Source of the DNA: Anaerolineae bacterium
GTDB taxonomy: Bacteria; Chloroflexota; Anaerolineae; UBA3071
Reading direction: 5' to 3'
Assembly (NCBI GenBank): GCA_029907105.1
Contig: JARYMM010000005.1
Location: forward strand, 8,563-72,562
DNA length: 64,000 nt
How positions within the stretch are numbered: the stretch's first letter is position 1; each line of letters begins with the position of its first letter. Positions 8,701-18,300 of the stretch are shown in pieces. The notes beneath the pieces are model-generated. The model did not search any database. It saw nothing but the letters and a program-made list of their open reading frames with translations, and had not been told where the DNA came from. Both the position numbers and the translations under genes were made by a program.

Positions 8701-11700
8701 GACGCCTACCCCAACGCCGACACCTGGGGCCACGCCCGGTCCGGCCTGTTACGAGGCGCTGGTCAACGGCGGCTTCGAGACCGATGCCGGGTGGGTCATC
8801 CGCCCGAACCCTGTCCTGGCGGCTTACGTCACGACGCCGGTGCACGGTGGGACGCGCAGCATGCGCACCGGCATCGCCGCCGGCGGGGCCAATGTGGAAA
8901 GCTACTCCCCCGTTGAGCAAAGCATCCGCATTCCGCCGCTGCCCTTCCCCGGCATGGCCTCCACGGCCCAGTTGAGCTTCTGGCGCTACAACGTCTACGG
9001 CGACGGCGGCGCGGCCAGCACCCAGAGCACATCGCCGGACCTGAGCGCATTGCCGCGCAGTGAGGCCGAGTTGGCTGCGGCTACCTTTGCCAGCGATTTC
9101 TTCTACGCCATCATCATCCAGGAGGACGGCACCATTGACTGGCTGCTGGTGGAGCGTGTTCACAATCCCTCCTGGCGGTTGATGACGACCTCTCTGGACA
9201 TCGGCCGTTACGCGGGCAAGACAATCCGCCTGCAGTTCGGCACCTACAACAACGGCACAGGCGGCATCAGCCGCACCTATGTGGACGATGCCTCGCTGCA
9301 GGTATGCCCGCCGGCCGGCGCGCTGCTGCTGCCTGGCGGCTGGGTGCGCCGGGTGATCGGACGGCCGGAGATGAACACCCTCTACGCTGACGTGGGCGGT
9401 GCGCTGTATCGCTCCGACGATGCCGGGGCGCACTGGCGTCTGGCGGGCATGGCCCGTCCGGAGCATACCATCCTCAGCGCCAACCCGAACGTGCTTTACG
9501 CCGGCGACGGCTATCCGTGCTACGCTGGCGGCGATCCAGCGCCCATGTGGCGCAGCACCGACGGCGGGGCAAGCTGGCATCAACTGCCGGCCGGCCTCAA
9601 CCTGAAGCCGCTGGCCGCCCATCCTGTGGACGCCCGGCTCTATGCCGCCGGCTGTGACGGCCCTTACCTGAGCCCGGACGGCGGGGCCACCTTCGTCCAC
9701 CAGCCAGACCCGCTCTTCAGCATCTACGATGCCAGGTCCATCGCCCCTGTGGGCACGGCCTGGACCGACGTCTGGATCGGCGGCGTCAGCGAAGGCGGTG
9801 GCGGCGGCATACTGGTCAGCCGCGATAGCGGCGACACTTTCGCCATTTCTTATCCCAAGGCGGGGGATCCGGAGCCGGGCTGGCTGGGCAGGCTGGCCCT
9901 GGATCGCTTCCGGGCAGGCGGTGTCTTCGCCCCGGCGTACTATGGTTTCTTCTATACCCCCAACGACGGGGAAGCCTGGCTGAACCATTCGCAAGGGCTG
10001 GAAGAGGTCACCGGCGGCATCCGCCCGTCGGGACTGCACGTGGTGATCCAGGACCCGCTTGGCGGCCCGGACGGCCGGCTCTTCCTGGGCACCGAGCGCG
10101 GCCTGTACACGCGCGCCCCAAACACGCTCCTGTGGTACAAGATCGCCGGCCAGCCCTTTGACCTGCTGCCTGTGCGCGACCTGTTGCTGCTGGACGGCGC
10201 GCCGCGCTGGCTCTACGTGACCACCTCCTTCGGGGTCTTCCTGTACGATGTAACGCATGTGCCCCCGGCACCCACACCGACTTCCACGCCGACGAGCCTG
10301 CCCAGCCCGAGCCCTACGCCAACCCGGACAGCCACATCCACAGCGACACCCACGCCCGCTGCCACGACCACCCCGACGGCCACGCGCACATCAACAGCCA
10401 CGCCGACAGCCACCCCGACGGCCATCCCCACGGCGACGCCGGGCGTCTGGCCGACGCCATACGTGTTGCGCACGCTGAGCCTGCCGACGGGCAGCCATCC
10501 GCACGGCATCGGCCTGGATGGCCCGGGCGATCGGCTCTATGTAGCCTTCCATGGCCCAGATCACACCGGCCACACCCTGGGCGTGGTGCGTACCCTCACC
10601 CTGGACCTGATGGCCCAGGCCGAACTGAGCCCCAGCATCGGCCCCAACGGCGTCACTGCCCTTCTCCCAGGAGCCCGGATCGCCGTGGCCAACCGCCAGA
10701 CAGACGACGTAGCTGTGGTAGACCGCAACACATTGGCGGTTGTCCGGCGCATCCCGGCCGGCGATATGCCCGACGGCGTCATCGTTCAAGGCAATTTCGG
10801 CTACGTCGCCAATTTCGGCAACGACACGGTGACCGTGTTCGACCCCGTGAGCCTGGACGTGCTGCACACGCTGCATGTCGGCCACGAGCCGTCGCTCTTC
10901 GCTGCCGACCCGGAGGCCGGTGACGTGTACCTGTCGCTGCATGGCTCGAACCAGGTCGCCCGCCTGCACGACGGCGCGGTGGTCGGCCTTTACAACGGCA
11001 TCCAGGAACCCTATGGCCTGGCCTTCGACCCGGCCAGCCGGCGGCTCTATGCCGCCAACCGCGGCTGGGCGCATACGGTCACGGTGATTGACGTGATCAG
11101 CGGAAACGTGGTGGGCACTATCGGTGTGGGCAGGGAGCCATTCGTTCTGGAGGTGAACCCCAACAGTGGCCACCTGTTCGTGGTCTGTGGCGACGAAGTG
11201 AAGGTCTACCGCACGCTGGACTGGGCGCCGGTGGTCAACATCCCCGTGCCGCCTGGCGCCGAAGAGGGCATCGCCCTGCACAACGCCCTGAACCGCGTTT
11301 ACGTCACCAGCGGCGAGGGCGATGCGCTGACCGAAATTCAGGATGCCGCACCGCCGCTGGTCCTGTTCGCCAGCAACCGGGACGGCAATGGCGAGATCTA
11401 CCGCATGTTGCCCGACGGGCAGGAGCAGATCCGCCTGACCTTCACCGCCGAGGCTTACGAGACCAGGCCGGTGGGCTCTCCTTACGGACGCTGGATCGCC
11501 TATGAGCGGACGGACCCCGGCGGCACCACCCACCTCTGGCTGATGAGCCGCGATGGCCGCAACCCCCGCCAGCTCACCTTCGGCAGCAGTTACGAGCACT
11601 GCCCTGCCTGGTCCGGTGACGGCACCAGGTTGGCCTTCACCTCGAACCGGGACGGCAACTGGGAAATCTACACCCTGCGCCTGGCCGACGGCCTGGTGAC

Positions 11701-12175
11701 CCGCCTGACCTTCCATGCCGCAGCCGACGAGGGCCCCAACTGGTCGTGGGCCACAGGCCAGATCGTCTTCCAGTCCGACCGCTTTGGCCCGAATTCCGAG
11801 ATCTTGCGCATGGAGGCCGACGGCAGCGGCGTGGTGCGGCTGACCGTCAACCCCAACGGGGACAGCAGCCCGAGCTGGTCGCCGTCCGCTGATCGGATCG
11901 TCTTCTTCGGCAGCCGCGCCGAGCAGACACTGCACGTGATGCGGGCCGACGGTTCCGGCATTGCGCCGCTCGTCCCGGGCAGCCTGCGTCCGGCGGCTCC
12001 GGCCTGGGGCCCGGCCAGCGCGGGGGACGTCATCGCCTTCCAGGGGTATCGGCCCGGCAGCGGGCATAGCGAGATCTTCCGCGTCGCCCCCAATGGCAGC
12101 GGTTTGGTGCTCTTGACGTTCAACGCCGTGGACTTCGACTATGCGCCAGGGTGGCTGCCGGCGCCATCCCGGTAA
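5792..12175 (+). CDS. giant secreted multidomain protein: BNR/Asp-box beta-propellers, 2 CBM4/9/22-like modules, Thr/Pro linkers, YVTN beta-propeller, TolB-like PD40 propeller
   Basis: Start reassigned to ATG 5792 (RBS AAGGAGG, signal peptide MKTRILLLLALALGLAG). The tool ORF from 5597 reads through the MITE. Many S-x-D-x-G-x-T-W boxes (STDGGASW, STDRGNTW and others). VNGGFE...VDDASL jelly-roll modules twice. TPTPT linkers. YVANFGNDTVTVFD-type YVTN repeats. C-terminal DGNGEIYRM / DGNWEIYTL PD40 repeats. Confidence 0.8.
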   Translation: MKTRILLLLALALGLAGLGLSGGVQRLEAASSRPWDSAASPQKAEAEWGDWRSGGPYGGDVQALALSPDFGADGLALAGGWRTGYAGPTGYGIARTTDGGASWALLFSGPPWDDLAVFDLAISPAFAADGTAFAATEAGLLRSSDRGNTWTQLHGGLPGPGNDATVDDMGFVRLSPAFAADGTLLTAPRNGSLYRSTDRGNTWTEVLSGPTSAAAFSRFFAANHTAFATQFDGVGATNLRRSTDGGLTWPLVLSLPGVQVNDILETFENALLLATNDGVLRLLPVGGSYVPDTVSPDIEGPVYRLAAAGDHLYAAAQNGLFITLTEGRRWDRYADTPVTPFRSVAPCPYWGSCHAMMAGTHTGILGTPDDNLIPWAWLPGPHALHSESVAASPAYAADGTLFAATDHGLFRSTDRGLSWQLMVAGSPPGDDYAFLRVRISAGYASDGTVFATYENRTLALTALYKSTDRGLTWTVIPGLGGGRALALSPAYPTDRTVFVGRVDVLHKSTDGGNTWTSYPIAPPDEGFFVLELETSPAYASDRTLLATGLGRVRRSTDGGVTWQNLNTYGPSYGLAISPNYAADGTAWHTYRAIEAPGDDTPESGVLRTTDRGTTWSFATAGLPGVYEPFAWPLAASPGFAVDRSLFTALRGQFVAGTEHSLYRSMNGGDTWLKLGHAPGNPNPYDLAVTTNPSGGLTVHMATDAGVWHYSSRCEERLVNGGFEQDLAWQFPVTTYPADYSTSVAHSGLRSLRTGIVSGPDVYSYSSANQAVTIPAGVSSATLTFWWYPISAEGPLAAAAEPDAARLQAVAEGTLPAGVLAGDRQYALLLDSAGHTLKTLLWTRSDARTWQQASFNLAAYAGQAVRVHFGTYNDGDGRSTAMYVDDASLIVCWPGPVEPTPTVTPTNTPTPRLTPTSTPTSTATPTRLPLTPRAYLPLVLRRHTAPRTPTPTATPTRTTTATPTATRTPTATPTPTPTPGATPGPACYEALVNGGFETDAGWVIRPNPVLAAYVTTPVHGGTRSMRTGIAAGGANVESYSPVEQSIRIPPLPFPGMASTAQLSFWRYNVYGDGGAASTQSTSPDLSALPRSEAELAAATFASDFFYAIIIQEDGTIDWLLVERVHNPSWRLMTTSLDIGRYAGKTIRLQFGTYNNGTGGISRTYVDDASLQVCPPAGALLLPGGWVRRVIGRPEMNTLYADVGGALYRSDDAGAHWRLAGMARPEHTILSANPNVLYAGDGYPCYAGGDPAPMWRSTDGGASWHQLPAGLNLKPLAAHPVDARLYAAGCDGPYLSPDGGATFVHQPDPLFSIYDARSIAPVGTAWTDVWIGGVSEGGGGGILVSRDSGDTFAISYPKAGDPEPGWLGRLALDRFRAGGVFAPAYYGFFYTPNDGEAWLNHSQGLEEVTGGIRPSGLHVVIQDPLGGPDGRLFLGTERGLYTRAPNTLLWYKIAGQPFDLLPVRDLLLLDGAPRWLYVTTSFGVFLYDVTHVPPAPTPTSTPTSLPSPSPTPTRTATSTATPTPAATTTPTATRTSTATPTATPTAIPTATPGVWPTPYVLRTLSLPTGSHPHGIGLDGPGDRLYVAFHGPDHTGHTLGVVRTLTLDLMAQAELSPSIGPNGVTALLPGARIAVANRQTDDVAVVDRNTLAVVRRIPAGDMPDGVIVQGNFGYVANFGNDTVTVFDPVSLDVLHTLHVGHEPSLFAADPEAGDVYLSLHGSNQVARLHDGAVVGLYNGIQEPYGLAFDPASRRLYAANRGWAHTVTVIDVISGNVVGTIGVGREPFVLEVNPNSGHLFVVCGDEVKVYRTLDWAPVVNIPVPPGAEEGIALHNALNRVYVTSGEGDALTEIQDAAPPLVLFASNRDGNGEIYRMLPDGQEQIRLTFTAEAYETRPVGSPYGRWIAYERTDPGGTTHLWLMSRDGRNPRQLTFGSSYEHCPAWSGDGTRLAFTSNRDGNWEIYTLRLADGLVTRLTFHAAADEGPNWSWATGQIVFQSDRFGPNSEILRMEADGSGVVRLTVNPNGDSSPSWSPSADRIVFFGSRAEQTLHVMRADGSGIAPLVPGSLRPAAPAWGPASAGDVIAFQGYRPGSGHSEIFRVAPNGSGLVLLTFNAVDFDYAPGWLPAPSR

Positions 12176-12337
12176 CTGCGGCCTGTTCGTTGGCTGACGA
12201 TTTCAGCGCGGAGGACGCCGAGCCCGCTGAGAAAAGCCTCCGAATTCCCTTACTCTGCATTCTCTGCGGCCTCTGCGGCACAACGGCCAATACTTTGGGA
12301 AAGCCCTTTTCGAGCATTGAGACAAGGAGAACTGAAC

Positions 12338-15300
12338 ATGAGAAAGCGGATTCTGCCCCCACTCGTCCTGGCCCTGATCCTCAGCGTCCTGACCCTGGGC
12401 ACCGCAAGCTGGGCCCTGGAAAGCGGAAACGCACAGGTTGTATACCCAATATCCAATCTCCAATCTCCAACTTCCGACTTCCAACCCCTGACCTCCGGCC
12501 CGCGCGGCGGCAGCGTGGCTGCCGTGGCCATCTCCCCCAACTTCCCCAGCGACCGCATCGCCTTCGCCGGCGTGCGGGGGTATGGTGTCTACCGCTCCAC
12601 CAATGGCGGCTGGAGCTGGGAACGGGTCACCCCCGACGAGGAGCGCTCCGGCTGGGCCATCGGCGACCTGGAGGTGTCGCCCGCCTTTCCGGACGACGAG
12701 ACCGTGTTCGTACTGACGAACATCTGGACGTATGGCGGCAACGTCTACCGCTCCACCGACGGCGGCGACACCTGGTATCCGCCGCAGAGCCATCCCGATG
12801 GCATACTGCCCGGCCTGCGCGCCCTGGCCGTCTCCCCCGATTTCGCCAACGACCAGACGGTCTACGCCCTGCACAGTTCGCGCAGCCTGGTCTCCACTGA
12901 CGGCGGCCGCCACTTCACCGACCTGCCCGACTGGTTCGGCGGCCAGAACGTGCAGGTGCTGGCCTTCTCGCCCCGCTACGCCACAGACCGCATCCTCTTC
13001 GCCGTCGCCGGCGGGACGCTCTACCGTTCCACCAATGCCGGCGGGAGCTGGACAGCCATCGGCGCCGGGTTGCCCGGCTCCCCGGAGGTGCTGGCCGTGG
13101 CCCCCGGCTTCGCCCATCCGGGGCCGCTGCTGGCCGTCTCCTCGCTGGATCACGCCGTTTACTTCTCCAGCGACAGCGGCGACCACTGGGTAGCGAGCGA
13201 CCTGACCCTGGGCGCGAGCACCAGGCCCTGGCTGGCCTTTGCCCCGGACTACCCCAGCAGCCTGGTCGCCTTCGCCGGCAGCGGCGGGCCGACGGGCGTC
13301 TATCGCTCCACCGACGGCGGGTTGCATTGGCAGGTGGTGGGTGAGCCGACCGAGGATGGCAACGGCTTGCCCGGCCCCAACTCCTTCGACATGGCCTTCT
13401 CGCCCGCCTACGCCACCGACTATCTCAGCCTGCTGGCCACCAGTGCGGGCGTCTATCGCACGGCCAGCCCCGGCGACCCGCCGCCCTGGTGGCCGCGCAA
13501 CGACGGCCTGCCGCGGCTGCCCGTGGCCCGCATCGCCGCCGCCCCGGCCTGGACGAACACCCTCTTCGCCGCCACCTCTTTCTTCGAGACGGTGCGCGCC
13601 TACTCCACCAGCAGCCGCTACGACGGCAACATCCACCGCTCCACCGACGGCGGCCAGACCTGGCAGCCGGTCAGCCCGCGCCTCGACTCCGTGCAGGCCC
13701 TGGTCATCTCGCCCAACTTCCCCGGCGATCACACCCTCTTCGCCGCCACCGGCTACCTGGCCGGGCACGGCCAGCAGGGCGGCACCGTCTACCGCTCCAC
13801 CGACAGCGGCCTGCACTGGGAGGCCGTGGGCGACCTGGTTTACATCCACGACCTGGTCATCTCGCCCGACTACGGGCACGATCGGACGCTCTTCGCCAAC
13901 GCCCAGTACAGCACGGGCATGCCTGTGGGACCGGGCATCTTTCGCTCCACCGACGGCGGCGAGACCTGGACGCGCCTCAGCGACATGTTCCCGGCCTGGC
14001 TGGCCATCTCGCCCAACTTTGCCGACGACAACATCCTCTTCGCCGCCACGCCCGCCAGCCTCTACCGCTCCGCCAACCGCGGCGCCAGCTGGACGCCGGT
14101 GCTGGGCGGCAGCTTCTCCGCACCGCCGGTCATCTCGCCGCACTTCTGGCTCGACCGTACCGCCTACGTGGTCAACGGCGATCAGCTCTACCGCTCCAAA
14201 GATGCCGGGCTCACCTGGCAGCCGGTGGCGGATGATCTGCCCGACGGGCCAGGGCCTGTGCTGCGCTTCGGCCCGGCGGACGGTCTGACGACAGTCGTGG
14301 GTGGAAGCGTAGGAACTGGGGGAACTCAGGGGACTCAGAGTATTGTTTTCCATTCCACCGACGGCGGCAGCCACTGGCCCTCCCTGGACGGCCCGCTGCC
14401 CATGGGCGTGGACGATATGCTCTGGTACCGCTCCGTGCCCGGCAACATGTGGACGCTTTTCGCTGCCGGCGACGACGGGCTGTGGTCGCTGCGCTGGGCC
14501 GAGGAGGCCCCCTGGTTCGGCGAGTGGCGCAGCGGCGGCCCCCGTGGCGGCCAGGCGCTGGCCATTGCCCTCTCGCCGGAATTCGCCAGTGACGGCCTGG
14601 TCTTCGCCGGCGGCGGCCAGTGGCTCTCCGGTCGCGGCGACCGCACCGGCAAGGGGCTTTTCCGCTCCGCCGATGGCGGCCAGACCTGGATGGCCAGCGG
14701 CAAAAGCACCTTCAGCGGCTACGCCAGTTCCATCGAGGACGTGGACATCTCCAGCCACTGGCCCAGCGACGGCACAGCCTTCGTCGGCACCTGGGGCGGC
14801 GTCTACCGCACTACCGACTGGGGGGCGACCTGGCAGCGGGTGGCCGAGGAGGTGCTGCACACGCCCGGCGCGGCCACCACCGTGGCCATGTCCCCCGGCT
14901 TCTACCTGGATGGCATCGTCCTGGCCGGCGGCGGCTACGGCGGCCTGTTCTACACCGAAGATGGCGGCGACCACTGGCAGATCACCCTGGGGGAGATCGG
15001 CCCCTCCGCCGACGTGGCTTTCTCGCCTGCCTTCCTGGCCGATACCACGGCCTTCGCCGGGGCTTACGATGGCGTCTGGCGCACGGAGGACCGCGCCGCC
15101 CACTGGGGCCACGTCCTGGACCTGGACAGCGGCTCGGTCAGCGACGTGGAGGTCTCCTGTGACTTTGAAAACGACCGTACCGTCTACGCCGCCACCTGGA
15201 TCGGCACCGCGCCGCCGTACATGATGCGTTCCACCGACGGCGGCGACACCTGGCACGTGGCCGACAGCGGCCTGGACCGCCTGATCAACGCGATGGACAC

Positions 15301-18300
15301 CGCCTGCGACGGCGGTAGCACCATCCTCTTCGCCGGCGGCACGGCTCTCTTCCGCTCCACCGATGGCGGCGAAAGCTGGCAGATGCTCCCCGGCTGGCCG
15401 GAAGGGGTCAGCATCCAGGAACTGGCCGTCTCGCCGCAATTCGCCAGCGATCACACGCTGCTGGCCGGCACCTACGCCGGCGTTTACCGCTCTACCGACG
15501 GCGGGGCAAGCTGGACGCTGAGCGAAGGCTTCGTGCCCCTGGAGACGCGCGTGGTGGCCCCCTCGCCCGCCTATGCCGCCGACGGCACGCTGTTTGCGGG
15601 CACGGAGATGGGAGTCTATCGTTCCACCGACCGGGGCCATAGCTGGCAACCGGCCAACAAGGGGCTGGTGGGCAGCTACGCCGTGACCATTCTCGACGTC
15701 GTCGTCTCGCCCCAGTTCGCCAGCGACCACACGCTGTTCGCCTCCTGGAAGCTGAGCGGCCGCATCGGCGGCAACGTCTACCGCTCCACCGACGCCGGAG
15801 AAAACTGGGAGCGGCTCTGGGGCACGGGATACGTCGGTGACCTGGCCATCTCGCCCCAGTTCCCTGGCGATCAGACCCTCTTCGCCGTCGCCGAGGGCAT
15901 GGTCTTCAAGTCCACCGACGGCGGCGTGAGCTTCACGCCCAAACTATCCGAGTTGACGCCGGCGGTGGAAATCGGCATCTCGCCGCAATACGGCAGCGAT
16001 CACACGGTGTACGCCGTGGGCTATGGCCCTGTCTACCGCTCCACCGACGGCGGCGAGACCTGGTTGCCGCTTGCCGGCTGGCCGCCTCACTACGGCATCG
16101 GCCTCTCGCCCGCCTTCGGTGCCGACGGCACGCTCTTTGCCACCTACCGGGAGATCGAGGGCTCCGGCCTGCGGCCGGAGAGCGGCGTCATCCGCTCCAC
16201 CAACCGCGGCGCGAGCTGGGACCTGGCCACGGCTGGACTGCCCGGCACCTACGAACCATGGCCGCAGTCACTGGCTCTCTCGCCTGATTTCGCCACCGAT
16301 CGCATGCTCTTCACCGCCGTGAGCGGCATCCCCCACCTGGGGCCGAACCAGGTCTACGGCTCGGCCAGCGCGGGCGATGGCTGGGCCCCGCTGCCGCCCA
16401 TCCCCGGCGAGCCATCCCTCTACAAGCTCTCGGTCAGCTCCCCTCTCCCTCTGGGAGAGGGGCCGGGGGTGAGGGAACTGCACGCCGGCACTGCGGCGGG
16501 AGCCTGGCATTACTCGTCGGCCTGTTTCAACGCCATCGCCAACAGCGGCTTCGAGTTCGACACCGGCTGGACAATGCCCATCACGCCCTATCCCGCAGCC
16601 TACAGCACCGACCTGGCGCACAGCGGCTATCGCTCGCTGCGCACGGGCATCCCCCCTGGCGGCCCCAACATGCTCAGCTACTCCTCTGCTTACCAGACGG
16701 TGAGCATCCCCGCCGGCGCCGCCTCGGTCACGCTGCGTTTCTGGGAGTACCCGCTTTCCGGCGAGGCCAGCCAGCTCAAGATGCCGGCCCACGTCAACCC
16801 CCTGACCGCCTCCCTGGCCGTGGACGCCCAATACGTCCTGGTGCTCGACGCCAGCGGCCAGTGGCTGCGCACGCTGCTCTGGCAGGCTGCGGACAGTCGG
16901 CTGTGGACCCAGCACCAGTTCGACCTCAGTGACTATGCCGGCCAGACCATCCGGCTGCATTTCGGCACCTACAACAACGGCACAGGCGGCCTCACGGCCA
17001 TGTACGTGGACGACGTCGTGCTGGAGGTCTGCCCGGAGCTGCCGCCCACGCCCACGCCGACACGCACGCCCACGGCGACGCCCACCGTCGGCCCCAGCCC
17101 CACCCCCACGGCCACACCGGTGCGCGACCGCTTCCAGTACCTGCCGTTGGTGCTGAAGCGCTATGTGCCGCCGAGGCCCACGCCGACGGCCACACCCACC
17201 CGCACGCCCTCGCCGACACGTACTCCGACGCCGACCTTCACGCCGTCGCCCACCGTCGGCCCCAGCCCCACGGCCACACCCACACCCACGCCCAGCGGCG
17301 CATGCACGGAGGCCGTGGTCAACGGCGGCTTCGAGACGGATGAGGTCTGGGTGCGGCCGGTGACGGCCATGCAGGCTGTTTACAGCACTGCCGTCGCTCA
17401 CGGCGGCACCCGCTCCATGCGCACCGGCATCCCCGCCGGGGGCAGCAACATCCTCAGCTACTCCTCGGCTTACCAGACCATCACCCTGCCCCCTGGCCCT
17501 GGCACGGCCACGCTGAGCTTCTGGTACTATCCTGTGTCCGGCGAGGCGACGGCAACGACTTCCCAACTTCAAGCCGAGGGAGGGTATTCGATATTGGATA
17601 CCAGATATTCCAATATCCAGTACCCGATATCCAATACCCAATATCCATCCTTCAGCCCTGCCGCGGCGGATCGGCAGTATGCTTTGCTACGTGATGGGGC
17701 CGGCACCTGGCACGTGCTGCTGTGGACGCTCTCCAACGCCCGCACCTGGCTGCGCTATGAGGCGGACCTTTCTGCCTATCGCGGGCAGACGGTGCGGCTG
17801 CACTTCGAGACCTACAACGACGGCGTGGGTGGCACCACGGCCATGTACCTGGACGACGTCAGCATCCAGGTCTGCCCGCCGACCCCGCCGACGCCCACGG
17901 CCACCCTGACGCCGACGCCCACCCGCACGCCGCCGGCGGACGCCTTGATCATCAACGGCGAATGGGTGCACGGCCTGGTGGGTCACCGCGCCAGCAGCAC
18001 GCTGTATGCCTACAGCGCCACCCACCTCTACCGCTCCAACGATGCGGGCATGACCTGGGCGACGGCAGGCAGCGCCGTGGGCGAGTTCCTGATGAGCCCG
18101 GCCAATCCCAACGTGCTCTACCGTGGCCCCGGCTACCCCTGCCTGGCCGGCGGGCCGGACGTGCCCATGTACAAAAGCACTGACGGCGGAGCGAGTTGGT
18201 TCGAACTGCCGGCGGGACTGAACCTCAAGGTTCTGGCAGCGCATCTGACCGACCCCAACCGCGTCTACGCCGCCGGATGCAATGGCCCCTACCTCACCAG

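Noticed and set aside
6248-10258. Very long antisense ORFs (6248-10258 -, 12203-15730 -, 3900-5261 -, 24077-26035 +, 46674-49385 +, 54776-56755 +, 58596-60326 +, 60945-62672 +)
   Set aside because: Shadow ORFs on the opposite strand of strongly supported high-GC genes. Their products are Arg/Gly/Ala-rich low-complexity sequences without motifs.
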